From Alphaproteobacteria bacterium (lineage in GTDB: Bacteria; Pseudomonadota; Alphaproteobacteria; GM7ARS4; G965262615), in assembly GCA_965262615.1 (NCBI GenBank), contig OZ253545.1, positions 1,440,001 to 1,504,000 on the forward strand: a stretch of 64,000 bases of DNA. The letters run 5' to 3'. Shown piece after piece: positions 1 to 9,454 of this stretch; the first letter of the stretch is position 1; each line of letters starts with the position of its first letter. Made by a program: the position numbers and the translations under genes. The notes below the pieces were generated by a model. That model made no database searches. It worked only from the letters and a program-made list of their open reading frames with translations, and was not told the DNA's origin.

Positions 1-59
1 CTGCAACCTGCGTCCTTGCGCAGGGCATCATCAATGGCTTTGAATTGGCTCTCAAACAT
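1..59 (-). CDS. hsdM: 5' end of probable type I restriction-modification methyltransferase subunit (runs off window)
   Basis: Reverse complement reads MFESQFKAIDDALRKDAGC, matching the MFEQxFKxIDDxLxKDAGC N-terminus typical of HsdM; only 19 codons visible. Confidence 0.6.
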   Translation of the reverse strand, partial: MFESQFKAIDDALRKDAGC

Positions 60-252
60 ATGCTCTTTATTAGCCTATGGGAACCTTTTCCTCAATCGGA
101 TGATACTTCTTTTTATCCGTTACGCTCTTGTTCCTCGCCATCCGTATGGATACGGCTATCAATCCACTGTTGGATGACAGATGTGCGCCAGCCGATGGCG
201 CGTCCGCCTCGCTGAAGGGATTTGGGAAAATTCCCGAGGGTGGCATCTGAGA

Positions 253-295
<43 letters not shown>

Positions 296-298
296 CGA

Positions 299-388
<90 letters not shown>

Positions 389-396
389 AAAATGCC

Positions 397-425
397 TTGA
401 CAACCTAATCAATAGTCAATAGCTT
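397..425 (+). promoter_or_regulatory. Putative sigma70 promoter of the methylase operon
   Basis: TTGACA-N17-TAGCTT. Confidence 0.5.
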
Positions 426-470
426 GTGGATAAAATGTTTATAGGAGCTTGTGGATAGAATGTTTATAGG
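421..470 (+). repeat. 25-bp tandem duplication over the methylase start
   Basis: AGCTTGTGGATA(A/G)AATGTTTATAGG x2. Confidence 0.9.
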
Positions 471-1527
471 GCGTAGAAAGAATCTGAAGGTTATAGATTT
501 GTTTTGCGGTATCGGCGGCTTGTCTCATGGGCTGATTAAAGAGGGGTTGGATGTCGTAGCTGGGATAGACAATGATGATACCTGTAAATTTGGCTATGAA
601 TACAACAACAGGGCAAAATTCATACATAAAGATATTCTTGATGTAAGCGAAAACGAAATCAATCGTTTGTTTGGTGAAAAAGATAAAACAATTCGGGTGT
701 TGGTTGGCTGTGCCCCTTGCCAGCCATTTTCAAAGCTGACTTTTGAAAAAGTTACCAAGAGAAAACTAAAGCCTTTGGAAAGATTTGCTCACTTGATAGA
801 AACAACATTGCCTGACATCGTATCAATGGAAAATGTGAGAGACCTTGATAATGCTGAAAAACATAGTGCTTTCAAAGATTTTTTAGACACCCTTAGAAAC
901 AATGGGTATGAGTATAGCTATGAAATAGTTGATGCATCAGACTATGGCGTTCCACAGAGGCGCAAAAGACTTGTTCTGTTGGCATCTCGCTTCGGCGAAA
1001 TCAAATTAATAGAGAAAACACACGAGAAAAAGAAAGCCACTGTGCGCGATGCCATAAAAAATCTTGAACCAATAAAATCGGGGGAAACGAGCAAATCTGA
1101 CCGACTTCACAGAGCTAGAAAATTGGGCGAGACTAATCTCAAGAGAATCAAATCCACCCCCCATGATGGCGGCGACTCTAGTGGCTGGCATGAAAGTTTG
1201 GTTTTGGAGTGTCACAAACAGGGGAATGGCAAAGATTACAGAACATCGGTTTATGGGCGCATGTGGTGGGATAAGCCCGCTCCTACCATGACAACCTATT
1301 GCGTTAGTTTAGGCAACGGACGCTTCGGACACCCCGAACAAGACCGAGCAATCAGTTTGCGTGAGGCGGCAATTTTTCAAACATTCCCAAAAAACTATTG
1401 CTTTGTTGACCCGAAAAAGCCTATTGTTGTTCAAGATGTTGCCAAATTCATTGGAAATGCAGTTCCAGTGAAACTTGGAGCAGTCATCGGCAGAAGCATC
1501 AAAAAACATGTGAGGAAGTATGTCTGA
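451..1527 (+). CDS. DNA cytosine-5 methyltransferase
   Basis: DLFCGIGG (motif I), PCQPFS (IV), MENV (VI), PQRRKR (VIII), REAAIFQTFP, GNAV. Confidence 0.93.
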   Translation: MDRMFIGRRKNLKVIDLFCGIGGLSHGLIKEGLDVVAGIDNDDTCKFGYEYNNRAKFIHKDILDVSENEINRLFGEKDKTIRVLVGCAPCQPFSKLTFEKVTKRKLKPLERFAHLIETTLPDIVSMENVRDLDNAEKHSAFKDFLDTLRNNGYEYSYEIVDASDYGVPQRRKRLVLLASRFGEIKLIEKTHEKKKATVRDAIKNLEPIKSGETSKSDRLHRARKLGETNLKRIKSTPHDGGDSSGWHESLVLECHKQGNGKDYRTSVYGRMWWDKPAPTMTTYCVSLGNGRFGHPEQDRAISLREAAIFQTFPKNYCFVDPKKPIVVQDVAKFIGNAVPVKLGAVIGRSIKKHVRKYV

Positions 1528-3241
1528 AAGTGATTTTAAATTTGAATTATCATTAAGCATTCTCAATCACTTGGGAAGAAACTTGTATCGCAGTTTTACA
1601 ACTGTGTTGGGCGAGGCTATCTCTAATGCATGGGATGCAGATGCAAAAGAAGTCCATATTCATATAGATAAAAGAAGGGATGTTTTTTTTATTAAGGATG
1701 ACGGCTTTGGAATGACAAAAGAAGATTTTCAAGACAAATTTTTGAAGATTGGATATTCAAAAAGAAATTCGGGAGCGACAACGACAAAAGGGGGCAGACC
1801 AATTATAGGCAGAAAAGGCATTGGAAAATTAGCTCTGTTGTCTTGTGCTGACAGCATTGCTGTGATTTCGAAAGTAAGTGGAGGCGACTATACTGGTGGC
1901 ACTATTGATAATTCTGATTTAGATGACGCTATAAAAGATGACTTAAAAGCAGATAAGTACCTTCTTGGCGGTTGGAACATACGGGACTTCTCTAGGTATA
2001 CAATAAACCACAATCATGGGACTATTATTAGATTCAAAGGCATCAAAGGGGGCATAAGGAGCAGCTTGGAATTTTTGAAAAAAACCATGGCATTGTACTT
2101 TAGGTTCTCTCTTGTAGACCCAAATTTTAAAATTTACATAAATGATACCGAAATCACACTTGGCGAATTGAATAAATTGGCGGAGAAAACACAATTTCTT
2201 TGGAACATTAACAATTTCCAAGACCCGTATATCAGTCAACATTTGAAAAATTTAAAACAGACTGAAGCAATCGACATGGGGAAAGGGGTAGAAGGTTTTA
2301 TTGCTTCAGTGGAAAAACCAAGAAACTTGAGCATAGAAGGCATGGATGAAAAGGTGAGCATTGATCTTTTTGTCAATGGCAGACTTCGCGAGAAAGATGT
2401 TCTGAAAAATGTCACAATCGTGCAAGTAGCAAAAAACTACTTGTATGGACAAATCCATTTTAATGACTTGGATGATGATGAAGATAGATTTACCAGTAGT
2501 CGCGAGAGTATCGTCGCCGATGACCCTATGTATAATCAATTCCTGACAGATTTGGAAAAGAAGATTAGACAAATCGTGAGAAAATGGGATGAATTGAGAG
2601 ATGGAGTAAGGGATGACGGTGACCCCGAAAATGATAGAATTCCTGAAGCTACAAGGAAAGCGAAAGAGCTTGTCAACAAAGTCTCAAAAAGGCACTTTTC
2701 GTCAAAATACTCTGAAAAGGTCGTAACGGCTTTGCAAGAAGAAGCACAATATAATTTGATTTCTTACACGCAGTGTTTTATCTCGGAAAATTTGTTAAGG
2801 AACTATATCAGGGACAATAATCTTGTGCCGATGTCTTGCATGAAGATGCATGATGGGAAAGACTGTAAGAACCATCCAAAAAGCAAAAAAAATAAAAATG
2901 ATTGGTGTCCTTATTGTAGGGGAGTCTATCGTAGAAAAAATTATGCTTCTGAGAAAGAAAAAGCAAAATTATCTTTTGCAATAAGAGCCAATGGGCGAGA
3001 TATTTTGGGATATTTAGACTATGAGGAGTTGGCAGAAATTATTAAATCTGGTGCTGACAGAAAAGCACTAGAATATAGGGTTATTAGAGCCGAAGGAAAA
3101 GGATACAGACTGTGCAGAAATGTTGTCATGCATACATCTCTTTTAACAGAAGAGGCAAAAACTAGATTGACTTCCATTCTTGATAATATTGCAGCGGCAA
3201 TTGATGATTTCGTTGCAAAAATTAAGCCCAAATCAAAATAA
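1520..3241 (+). CDS. GHKL (HSP90/MORC-like) ATPase with C-terminal HEPN-like RxxxxH motif
   Basis: EAISNAWDA, DDGFGM, GRKGIGK and HGTII GHKL motifs; C-terminal RNVVMH; overlaps the methylase stop. Confidence 0.75.
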   Translation: MSESDFKFELSLSILNHLGRNLYRSFTTVLGEAISNAWDADAKEVHIHIDKRRDVFFIKDDGFGMTKEDFQDKFLKIGYSKRNSGATTTKGGRPIIGRKGIGKLALLSCADSIAVISKVSGGDYTGGTIDNSDLDDAIKDDLKADKYLLGGWNIRDFSRYTINHNHGTIIRFKGIKGGIRSSLEFLKKTMALYFRFSLVDPNFKIYINDTEITLGELNKLAEKTQFLWNINNFQDPYISQHLKNLKQTEAIDMGKGVEGFIASVEKPRNLSIEGMDEKVSIDLFVNGRLREKDVLKNVTIVQVAKNYLYGQIHFNDLDDDEDRFTSSRESIVADDPMYNQFLTDLEKKIRQIVRKWDELRDGVRDDGDPENDRIPEATRKAKELVNKVSKRHFSSKYSEKVVTALQEEAQYNLISYTQCFISENLLRNYIRDNNLVPMSCMKMHDGKDCKNHPKSKKNKNDWCPYCRGVYRRKNYASEKEKAKLSFAIRANGRDILGYLDYEELAEIIKSGADRKALEYRVIRAEGKGYRLCRNVVMHTSLLTEEAKTRLTSILDNIAAAIDDFVAKIKPKSK

Positions 3242-3250
3242 CATAGCTCT

Positions 3251-4471
3251 TCACCCCACTGCCCAGAGAAATCCTTGAATAATTATTGCGTTCATGATGT
3301 CAATGAAGAACGCGCCCACCAGAGGCACCACCAGCAACGCCTTGGCGGACACGGCGTATTTCTCACCCACCGCGTGAATGATCGCGAGAGCCGTTGGGGT
3401 TGCTCCCATGCCGAAGCCGCAGTGTCCGCCGGCAATGACCGCCGCATCATAGCCGCCCCCCATCACGCGGTAGGTCACGAAAAATGCGAAGACCGCCATC
3501 ATCACCACCTGAGCGGTTAAAATCACCAGCAGCGGCGTTGCCAATGATGCCAGCTGCCACAGCTTCAATGACATCATCGCCAAGCCCAGAAAGAACGCCA
3601 GTGCAACGCCGCCCAAAACAGCAATCAATTGGGTGTCAAAGCGATACCAGCCAAAATAATCCGCTCCGTTGCGAATGATGACCCCCGCCACAATCGCCCA
3701 AATAAAACTGGGCATGGTGACATCAATCACGCCGCCCTTGCCCACAACCTGACTCATGGCAAACGCCGCCAGCACACACACCAACAATGCCGTGATGTGG
3801 GAAAACAAATGATGGGTGTCATTGTGCTCATCGGACCCACCAGACTTTTGCGGGTTTTGCGTCTGGCTCTTGGTGACGGCGGGCGGCGTGATGCCATGAC
3901 GCTCCATCAACAACCGCACGATGCGCCCGCCCAGCAGTCCGCCCGCAATCAAGCCAAAAGTGGCACAGACAAATGCCACCTCACGCGCCGCACTGAGCCC
4001 ATACGCGTCACGAAAAACCTCCGACCACGCAAAGCCGGTGTCGTGTCCGCCCGACAGCGTGATAGACCCCGCCAGCAAGCCAAGGGGCGCATCCAATCCC
4101 ACCAGCATCGCCATGGTGACCCCAACCGTGTTTTGTGCCAGCAGCAGCAATGTCGCCACCGCTAGAAACAACACAACGCCTCGCCCGCCCTCAATCAGCA
4201 GACGAATGCTGGCGTTCAGCCCCACGCTGGCAAAGGTGGCGATCATGAAAAACGGCAGCAACGCCTCCAAAGAATGACGCAAATCACCTCCAATCAAACC
4301 GCCCTGCCGCCAGCCCGTGCTGTGCGCCAGCAAGGACGCCACCGCAAACACCAAGCCTCCCACCACGGGCGCAGGAATGTTGTTGCGATCCAAAACCGTC
4401 ACTCGCGCATTCACAACGCGTCCGCCATACACAACCGCCGCCGCAAGAACAATAATAAGAACTGGCATCAT
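3251..4471 (-). CDS. gltS: Sodium/glutamate symporter
   Basis: IPAPVVGG, GSITLSGGHDTG, GHCGFGMGATPTA, PLVGAFFID motifs; multi-TM. Confidence 0.9.
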   Translation of the reverse strand: MMPVLIIVLAAAVVYGGRVVNARVTVLDRNNIPAPVVGGLVFAVASLLAHSTGWRQGGLIGGDLRHSLEALLPFFMIATFASVGLNASIRLLIEGGRGVVLFLAVATLLLLAQNTVGVTMAMLVGLDAPLGLLAGSITLSGGHDTGFAWSEVFRDAYGLSAAREVAFVCATFGLIAGGLLGGRIVRLLMERHGITPPAVTKSQTQNPQKSGGSDEHNDTHHLFSHITALLVCVLAAFAMSQVVGKGGVIDVTMPSFIWAIVAGVIIRNGADYFGWYRFDTQLIAVLGGVALAFFLGLAMMSLKLWQLASLATPLLVILTAQVVMMAVFAFFVTYRVMGGGYDAAVIAGGHCGFGMGATPTALAIIHAVGEKYAVSAKALLVVPLVGAFFIDIMNAIIIQGFLWAVG

Positions 4472-4519
4472 GGTTCAATCTCCTGTTGCCGTGAGTGTAA
4501 CAAATGCTTGCCATTAATC

Positions 4520-4549
4520 AAAATGGTTAAACCAAAAATGGTTAAACCA
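4520..4549. repeat. 15-bp intergenic tandem repeat
   Basis: AAAATGGTTAAACCA x2. Confidence 0.85.
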
Positions 4550-4557
4550 GCTGAGAA

Positions 4558-4986
4558 TTAAGGACAGAGGTCTCTTGTGAGCAGATGTTGATGTTTCTTG
4601 TTCTGGTATATGCTCCCTCCGACAATATCCTTATCCGTGAAGTCGGCGTGCAGTTTCCTATCACTTGAGATCAACAGCTTGACCCTAGACACCTGAGCCA
4701 GAGCAATAATGTGGTGGTCATTAGAGCGAAGGTTCGATGATTGCAGTAATTTTTTCATCGCTTGCTCTACTTTGTTTTCAGGGATATATTTAACCCGTGG
4801 TGTTCTTCGGCGAGCTTTGAACCAGTCTTTCATTCCTTCGTGCCCTTCCAATTCCCTTTCCATTTCCTGCGTTGGCGAATAGGCTATTTTTCCACCTTTC
4901 TCTAACCACTTTCTCACAGGCTCCATATCTGGATTTCTCGGATTGAGAAAGTCACTGTATTTGTTTGTGTCCAGAATTAAACACAT
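4558..4986 (-). CDS. PIN-domain protein
   Basis: ILDTN...ERE...NDHHIIALA...LISSD acidic PIN pattern. Confidence 0.75.
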   Translation of the reverse strand: MCLILDTNKYSDFLNPRNPDMEPVRKWLEKGGKIAYSPTQEMERELEGHEGMKDWFKARRRTPRVKYIPENKVEQAMKKLLQSSNLRSNDHHIIALAQVSRVKLLISSDRKLHADFTDKDIVGGSIYQNKKHQHLLTRDLCP

Positions 4987-4989
4987 GAA

Positions 4990-6348
4990 TCAATCCTCCG
5001 CAAAGCCAAGCAGTCTGTCGGATTCTTTGAGAAAAAAATCCCTGTATCCGTCCGGTGCTCCCAAGAAGTTTGCCTGTGCATCAAATGTGATGTTATAAAC
5101 ATCAACACTGTCGTCCAAAGGCTCCAGATAAATGAGTGAAACATCTTCGGGGAGTATGTTTCCTTTCATGATTTCAATGCGGGCGCGATCAATCATGGCA
5201 TCGCTGTGGGTCTCAATGATAAAATTATGATGTTTGTCTTTCATCAGATTTACGAGCAGGGAAGACAATTCCGCCTGACCTCTGGGGTGCAAATGCACCT
5301 CTGGTTGCTGCATCAAAAAGCTCACGGGGCGTGGTGCACTCAACAGACGAGCCAGAATGGGAAGAATCTGGCTGATGCCATAGCCTATATCTATCATATT
5401 CATATTGCCCTCTTGTTTTCTGACTTTGAACTGCAATTGAAACGGGTCCCCCATGGATTCTCCAAGATTTCTGACATCAATGTCCGTGAATAATTCTGAA
5501 GACTGACCAAATTCAACCAATCGTTCTCTGAGTTGCTGCCATTTCTTTGAATCTTTCCGTGACATGTTCCCCAACATCATTGGAACATCAGCACCATCGG
5601 AACTGATGACCTCGCTCAAAGGATCATAGGTGCGCTGTGGCTTGGAACGCATGGGTGCGAAACTATAATTTCTTTTCATATCCTTTCTTCCCATATACAC
5701 GAAGTGTGGATGGATGTTCCTTATTGATTGCAGGATGTTCCTTATTGATTGCAGGAGTTTGCTTTCATTGGAGGACAGTGCTTTCTCTTCTTTCTTCCAT
5801 CTGAGCAAAGAACTCACAGAACCCAAAACTTCAAAGATATTTCTAGGAACAGAACCCCCTGATACATCATTGATACGGAATATTTTCTTGCCATCCGTTT
5901 CAGAAAAGTCAATCGGTTTATCTTTCCGAGCACCTCTAAGGATAATGAATTCGTTGTCGCGACTAGATAATTTCTGTTCCCGAACAACGGGTTCAGAGCC
6001 TTTTTCTTTCTCACTGAGGGTCAAAACATATTCATATTCAATGTTTTCATTCCTGCTTTCAGACTGAAATTCATAGCCCAGCTTAAAGCTTTTCTCTTTA
6101 GGAGCAGGTTTTCTGACAATGTCTGCAAACACACCCATCTGATACGGCGCAGCATTGAAGTCCATGCCTTCTCTCTTTGTAGAACGATCTCTTGCCATTG
6201 CAAAACGAAATAGTGTGTCAAAACAGCCGAGAATGGTGGATTTGCCGGTGCTGTTCTCGCCCACCAGAAAGGTCAGGGGGCGGATGTCAAATTCATGCCT
6301 GCCGGCGAAACAGCGGACATCTTCAATGATTAATTTTCGGATGTTCAT
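4990..6348 (-). CDS. ABC/AAA_21-type ATPase (DUF3696-like C-terminus)
   Basis: Walker A GENSTGKS, DIGYGISQILP signature, QPEVHLHP, IETHS. Confidence 0.85.
   Translation of the reverse strand: MNIRKLIIEDVRCFAGRHEFDIRPLTFLVGENSTGKSTILGCFDTLFRFAMARDRSTKREGMDFNAAPYQMGVFADIVRKPAPKEKSFKLGYEFQSESRNENIEYEYVLTLSEKEKGSEPVVREQKLSSRDNEFIILRGARKDKPIDFSETDGKKIFRINDVSGGSVPRNIFEVLGSVSSLLRWKKEEKALSSNESKLLQSIRNILQSIRNIHPHFVYMGRKDMKRNYSFAPMRSKPQRTYDPLSEVISSDGADVPMMLGNMSRKDSKKWQQLRERLVEFGQSSELFTDIDVRNLGESMGDPFQLQFKVRKQEGNMNMIDIGYGISQILPILARLLSAPRPVSFLMQQPEVHLHPRGQAELSSLLVNLMKDKHHNFIIETHSDAMIDRARIEIMKGNILPEDVSLIYLEPLDDSVDVYNITFDAQANFLGAPDGYRDFFLKESDRLLGFAED
5712..5756. repeat. In-frame 21-bp tandem duplication (LQSIRNI x2) in the ATPase
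   Basis: GGATGTTCCTTATTGATTGCA x2. Confidence 0.9.
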
Positions 6349-6526
6349 ATCCTCACCTCTATGTTCATATTCTCACCTCTATGACGGTCACGAAGTCGTT
6401 ACCCAATGTGTCTGTCACTTTGATGGTGACTTTGCAAGTGTCTGAGTTCCATTCGCGGAATTTCTCTATCGTAAGCCATTGCCACGCTGCCATCATTCAG
6501 CCTATAGATAGCACAAGCTGCAGCCG

Positions 6527-7786
6527 ATGACAAAGGCATCTCCTCATAGTTCAACAGGCACACTATCTGATGTGCGGGTTATTGATTTGACTCGGGTGCT
6601 GGCGGGTCCCACCGCCACTCAAATTCTTGGCGACCTTGGTGCGGATGTCATCAAAATAGAACACCCCACCCGAGGCGATGATTCCCGCCGCATGGGACCG
6701 CCCTACATCAAAGACCGCGACGACAAAGACACCAGCGATAGCACCTACTGGGCAAGCGTCAATCGCAACAAACGCTCTCTTGCCCTTGATATCACCCACC
6801 CCGATGGACAGGACATCCTCCGCTCTCTTGCCGCCAAAGCCGACATTTTCATTGAAAACTTTCGCCCTCTTAATCTCAAAAAATACGGACTGGACTACGA
6901 AACACTATCCAAAATCAATCCCCGATTGATTTATTGTTCCATCACGGGTTTTGGTCAAACAGGCCCCTACGCCACTCGCGGCGGCTATGATTTTCTCGTG
7001 CAAGCCATGGGCGGCTTGATGAGCGTCACCGGTGAGCCGAACGGCACGCCCGTCAAAGTGGGGGTGGGAATCGCCGATATCATCACGGGACTCTACAGCA
7101 CCATCGCCTGCCTCGCCGCCCTTCATAAACGCCAAGAAAGCGGCAAAGGGCAATCCATTGATATGGCGTTGTTTGATTCTCAAATCGCCGCTCTGAGCTA
7201 TGTGGGACAATCATACCTGTCGTCACAGCAATTGCCGGAACGCTTGGGCAATGAGCATCCTCACATTGTTCCCTATCAGATGTTTGCCGCGCGCGATGGA
7301 TTGATCATTCTCGCGGTGGGCAATGATGCCCAATTTGAGCGATTCTGCCAATTTGCTCACTGCACCGAATTGGCAAGCGATTCCCTCTTTGCCACCAATG
7401 ATGGACGGGTGCGCCACCGAGCCCAGCTCACGCCACGCATCGCCGCCATCATTAAAAAACACGATGTCGCTTACTGGGTGGATGGACTCAATGAGGTGCG
7501 TGTGCCCTGTGGCTCCATCAATGACCTAAGCCAAGTCTTTGCAGACGACCAATTGAAGGCGCGCTCTATGGTGCGTGACATGAATCATAGCAAGGGTGGC
7601 ACTCTGCCTGTCATTGCCAGCCCCATGCATCTCAGTGAGCATCCCGTTTCCTATCGCATCGCCCCGCCCCTTCTGGGTGAGCATAGTCACGCCATTCTCA
7701 CCGACCTGCTACAGATGACACAAGACCGCTATAGCCAGTTGCGCAGCGATGGAATTATCACCGACAAAGATGATAATTCCTCATGA
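6527..7786 (+). CDS. Class III CoA-transferase (CaiB/BaiF family)
   Basis: DLTRVLAGP, LGDLGADVIKIE, NRNKRS, ENFRP, SITGFGQTGP, GYD. Confidence 0.93.
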   Translation: MTKASPHSSTGTLSDVRVIDLTRVLAGPTATQILGDLGADVIKIEHPTRGDDSRRMGPPYIKDRDDKDTSDSTYWASVNRNKRSLALDITHPDGQDILRSLAAKADIFIENFRPLNLKKYGLDYETLSKINPRLIYCSITGFGQTGPYATRGGYDFLVQAMGGLMSVTGEPNGTPVKVGVGIADIITGLYSTIACLAALHKRQESGKGQSIDMALFDSQIAALSYVGQSYLSSQQLPERLGNEHPHIVPYQMFAARDGLIILAVGNDAQFERFCQFAHCTELASDSLFATNDGRVRHRAQLTPRIAAIIKKHDVAYWVDGLNEVRVPCGSINDLSQVFADDQLKARSMVRDMNHSKGGTLPVIASPMHLSEHPVSYRIAPPLLGEHSHAILTDLLQMTQDRYSQLRSDGIITDKDDNSS

Positions 7787-7854
7787 TTGTGTCTTGACTT
7801 TTACGCCTTGCCGTAGCATCATACGCCCTCTGTATTGTTGGGAGATAGAAACTC

Positions 7855-8229
7855 ATGTCTTTTTTTCGTTTAATGCTCGTGCCGATTGCGCTGTGTTGGG
7901 TGTGGACACTGTCCATTGGTGACTCGCACGCCCAGTGTATTTCACAAAGCCCAGACAGCGCAGTTTGTGACGAGTATGATGGTTTGCTTGATGACTTTGA
8001 CGATGCTCAAGGAGGCAATGCTGTGGCGGCGGCATTGTCTGGCATCCATATATCCAATCGCGCCCTTCACAAACTGGCTTTCAGTGCGGGGTATTTTGAA
8101 CAGTACGGCGCACTCGCCGTCCAGACAGCCGTGCGCTTTGATGATACTTTCTTCTGGGATGGCGGCATCGGAATCAACATCCCCGATAACGCACTCGGAG
8201 GAAGAGTTGCCATATCAGGTGAATGGTAG
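7855..8229 (+). CDS. Secreted protein with YadA-like C-terminal anchor, no passenger
   Basis: Signal peptide, GNAVAAAL helix, four amphipathic strands, terminal W. Confidence 0.65.
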   Translation: MSFFRLMLVPIALCWVWTLSIGDSHAQCISQSPDSAVCDEYDGLLDDFDDAQGGNAVAAALSGIHISNRALHKLAFSAGYFEQYGALAVQTAVRFDDTFFWDGGIGINIPDNALGGRVAISGEW

Positions 8230-8235
8230 GAAGAT

Positions 8236-8595
8236 ATGACAGTCAACAAAAAAAATCTTCTGTGTGTTCTGTGTCTTGCCCTTGGAATTGCCATGCCGGT
8301 CACCGCACACGCACAGGTCGTCCGTCCTGCTGATAATCGATTCCTCAGAGAGGAACTGGATATTGTGCGCGAAGCCGTTGCCATGTCCATTGCCCTCAAC
8401 CATGCCGATGTCAGCACCAACAAAAAACTCAAACTGTCCTTCGCCACAGGATTCTATGATGATGCCGTCGCCGTTGCGGCAATGGCTGGCTATCGTCCGC
8501 CAAAATTTGATGCCTTCACACTCAGAGCAGGAGTCGCGTACGGTATCGAAAATGAAGAATACGCTGGATCGTTCGGATTCGCAGCCCAATGGTAA
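8236..8595 (+). CDS. Secreted protein with YadA-like C-terminal anchor, no passenger
   Basis: Signal peptide AHA/Q, AVAMSIAL helix, LSFATGFY..AVAVA, terminal W. Confidence 0.65.
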   Translation: MTVNKKNLLCVLCLALGIAMPVTAHAQVVRPADNRFLREELDIVREAVAMSIALNHADVSTNKKLKLSFATGFYDDAVAVAAMAGYRPPKFDAFTLRAGVAYGIENEEYAGSFGFAAQW

Positions 8596-8615
8596 CCCTT
8601 GCAGGAAATAGTCCC

Positions 8616-8948
8616 ATGAAACCACTCTCATCCATCATCATCGCCTGTCTGTTGTTGTTTGCCCCTGACACAAACGCACAAAACGCACAGGTGAGAAGCC
8701 ACATCGCCAACCTTGCCGAAGATGCCGATGATAATACCGTCATCGGACTCGCGTTGGACGGACTGTTTGTTCATCCCGATAAAAAGTATGCCTTGTCTCT
8801 TGATAACGGCAGCTACTCCAAGGGCAACGGCATCGCCATCCAGTTTGGCTACCGATACGATAAAAAATGGTCTGGGGATGGCGGAATTTCCTTCTCGGAA
8901 AAAACGCAAAAACTGGGGGCGCGCATCTCTGTCGGCAGAGAGTGGTAA
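8616..8948 (+). CDS. Secreted protein with YadA-like C-terminal anchor, no passenger
   Basis: Signal peptide, GSYSKGNGIAIQFGYRY, GARISVGREW. Confidence 0.65.
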   Translation: MKPLSSIIIACLLLFAPDTNAQNAQVRSHIANLAEDADDNTVIGLALDGLFVHPDKKYALSLDNGSYSKGNGIAIQFGYRYDKKWSGDGGISFSEKTQKLGARISVGREW

Positions 8949-9454
8949 AAAACGGTCAATCCCGCAGCAAATCATTGATGGATGTCTTGGCGCGCGTCTG
9001 AGCATCCACCTTTTTGACAATCACCGCCGCCGCCAATGACGCGCCGCCCGCCTGCTTGGGTGCTGCCGTCCCCGGCACCACCACCGAATAGGGTGGAACG
9101 AAGCCATAGGTCACCTCTTATGCCTTGTCTCTTGATAACGGCAGCTACTCCAAGGGCAACGGCATCGCCATCCAGTTTGGCTACCGACACGATAAAAAAT
9201 GGTCTGGTGATGGCGGAATTTCCTTCTCGGAAAAAACACAAAAACTGGGTGCGCGCATCTCTGTCGGCAGAGAGTGGTAAGAAACGGTCAATCAATCCCG
9301 CAGCAAATCATTGATGGATGTCTTGGCGCGCGTCTGAGCATCCACCTTTTTGACAATCACCGCCGCCGCCAATGACACGCCGCCCGCCTGCTTGGGTGTT
9401 GCCGTCCCAGACACCACCACCGAATAGGGTGGAACGAAGCCATAGGTCACATCT
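8787..9454. repeat. ~332-bp near-identical tandem duplication spanning the convergent anchor-gene/dapD junction
   Basis: 8787-9118 matches 9119-9454 with a few substitutions and small indels. Confidence 0.9.

Noticed and set aside
8972-9314. ORFs within the duplication as genuine genes
   Set aside because: They are chimeric read-throughs of duplicated dapD and anchor-gene ends.
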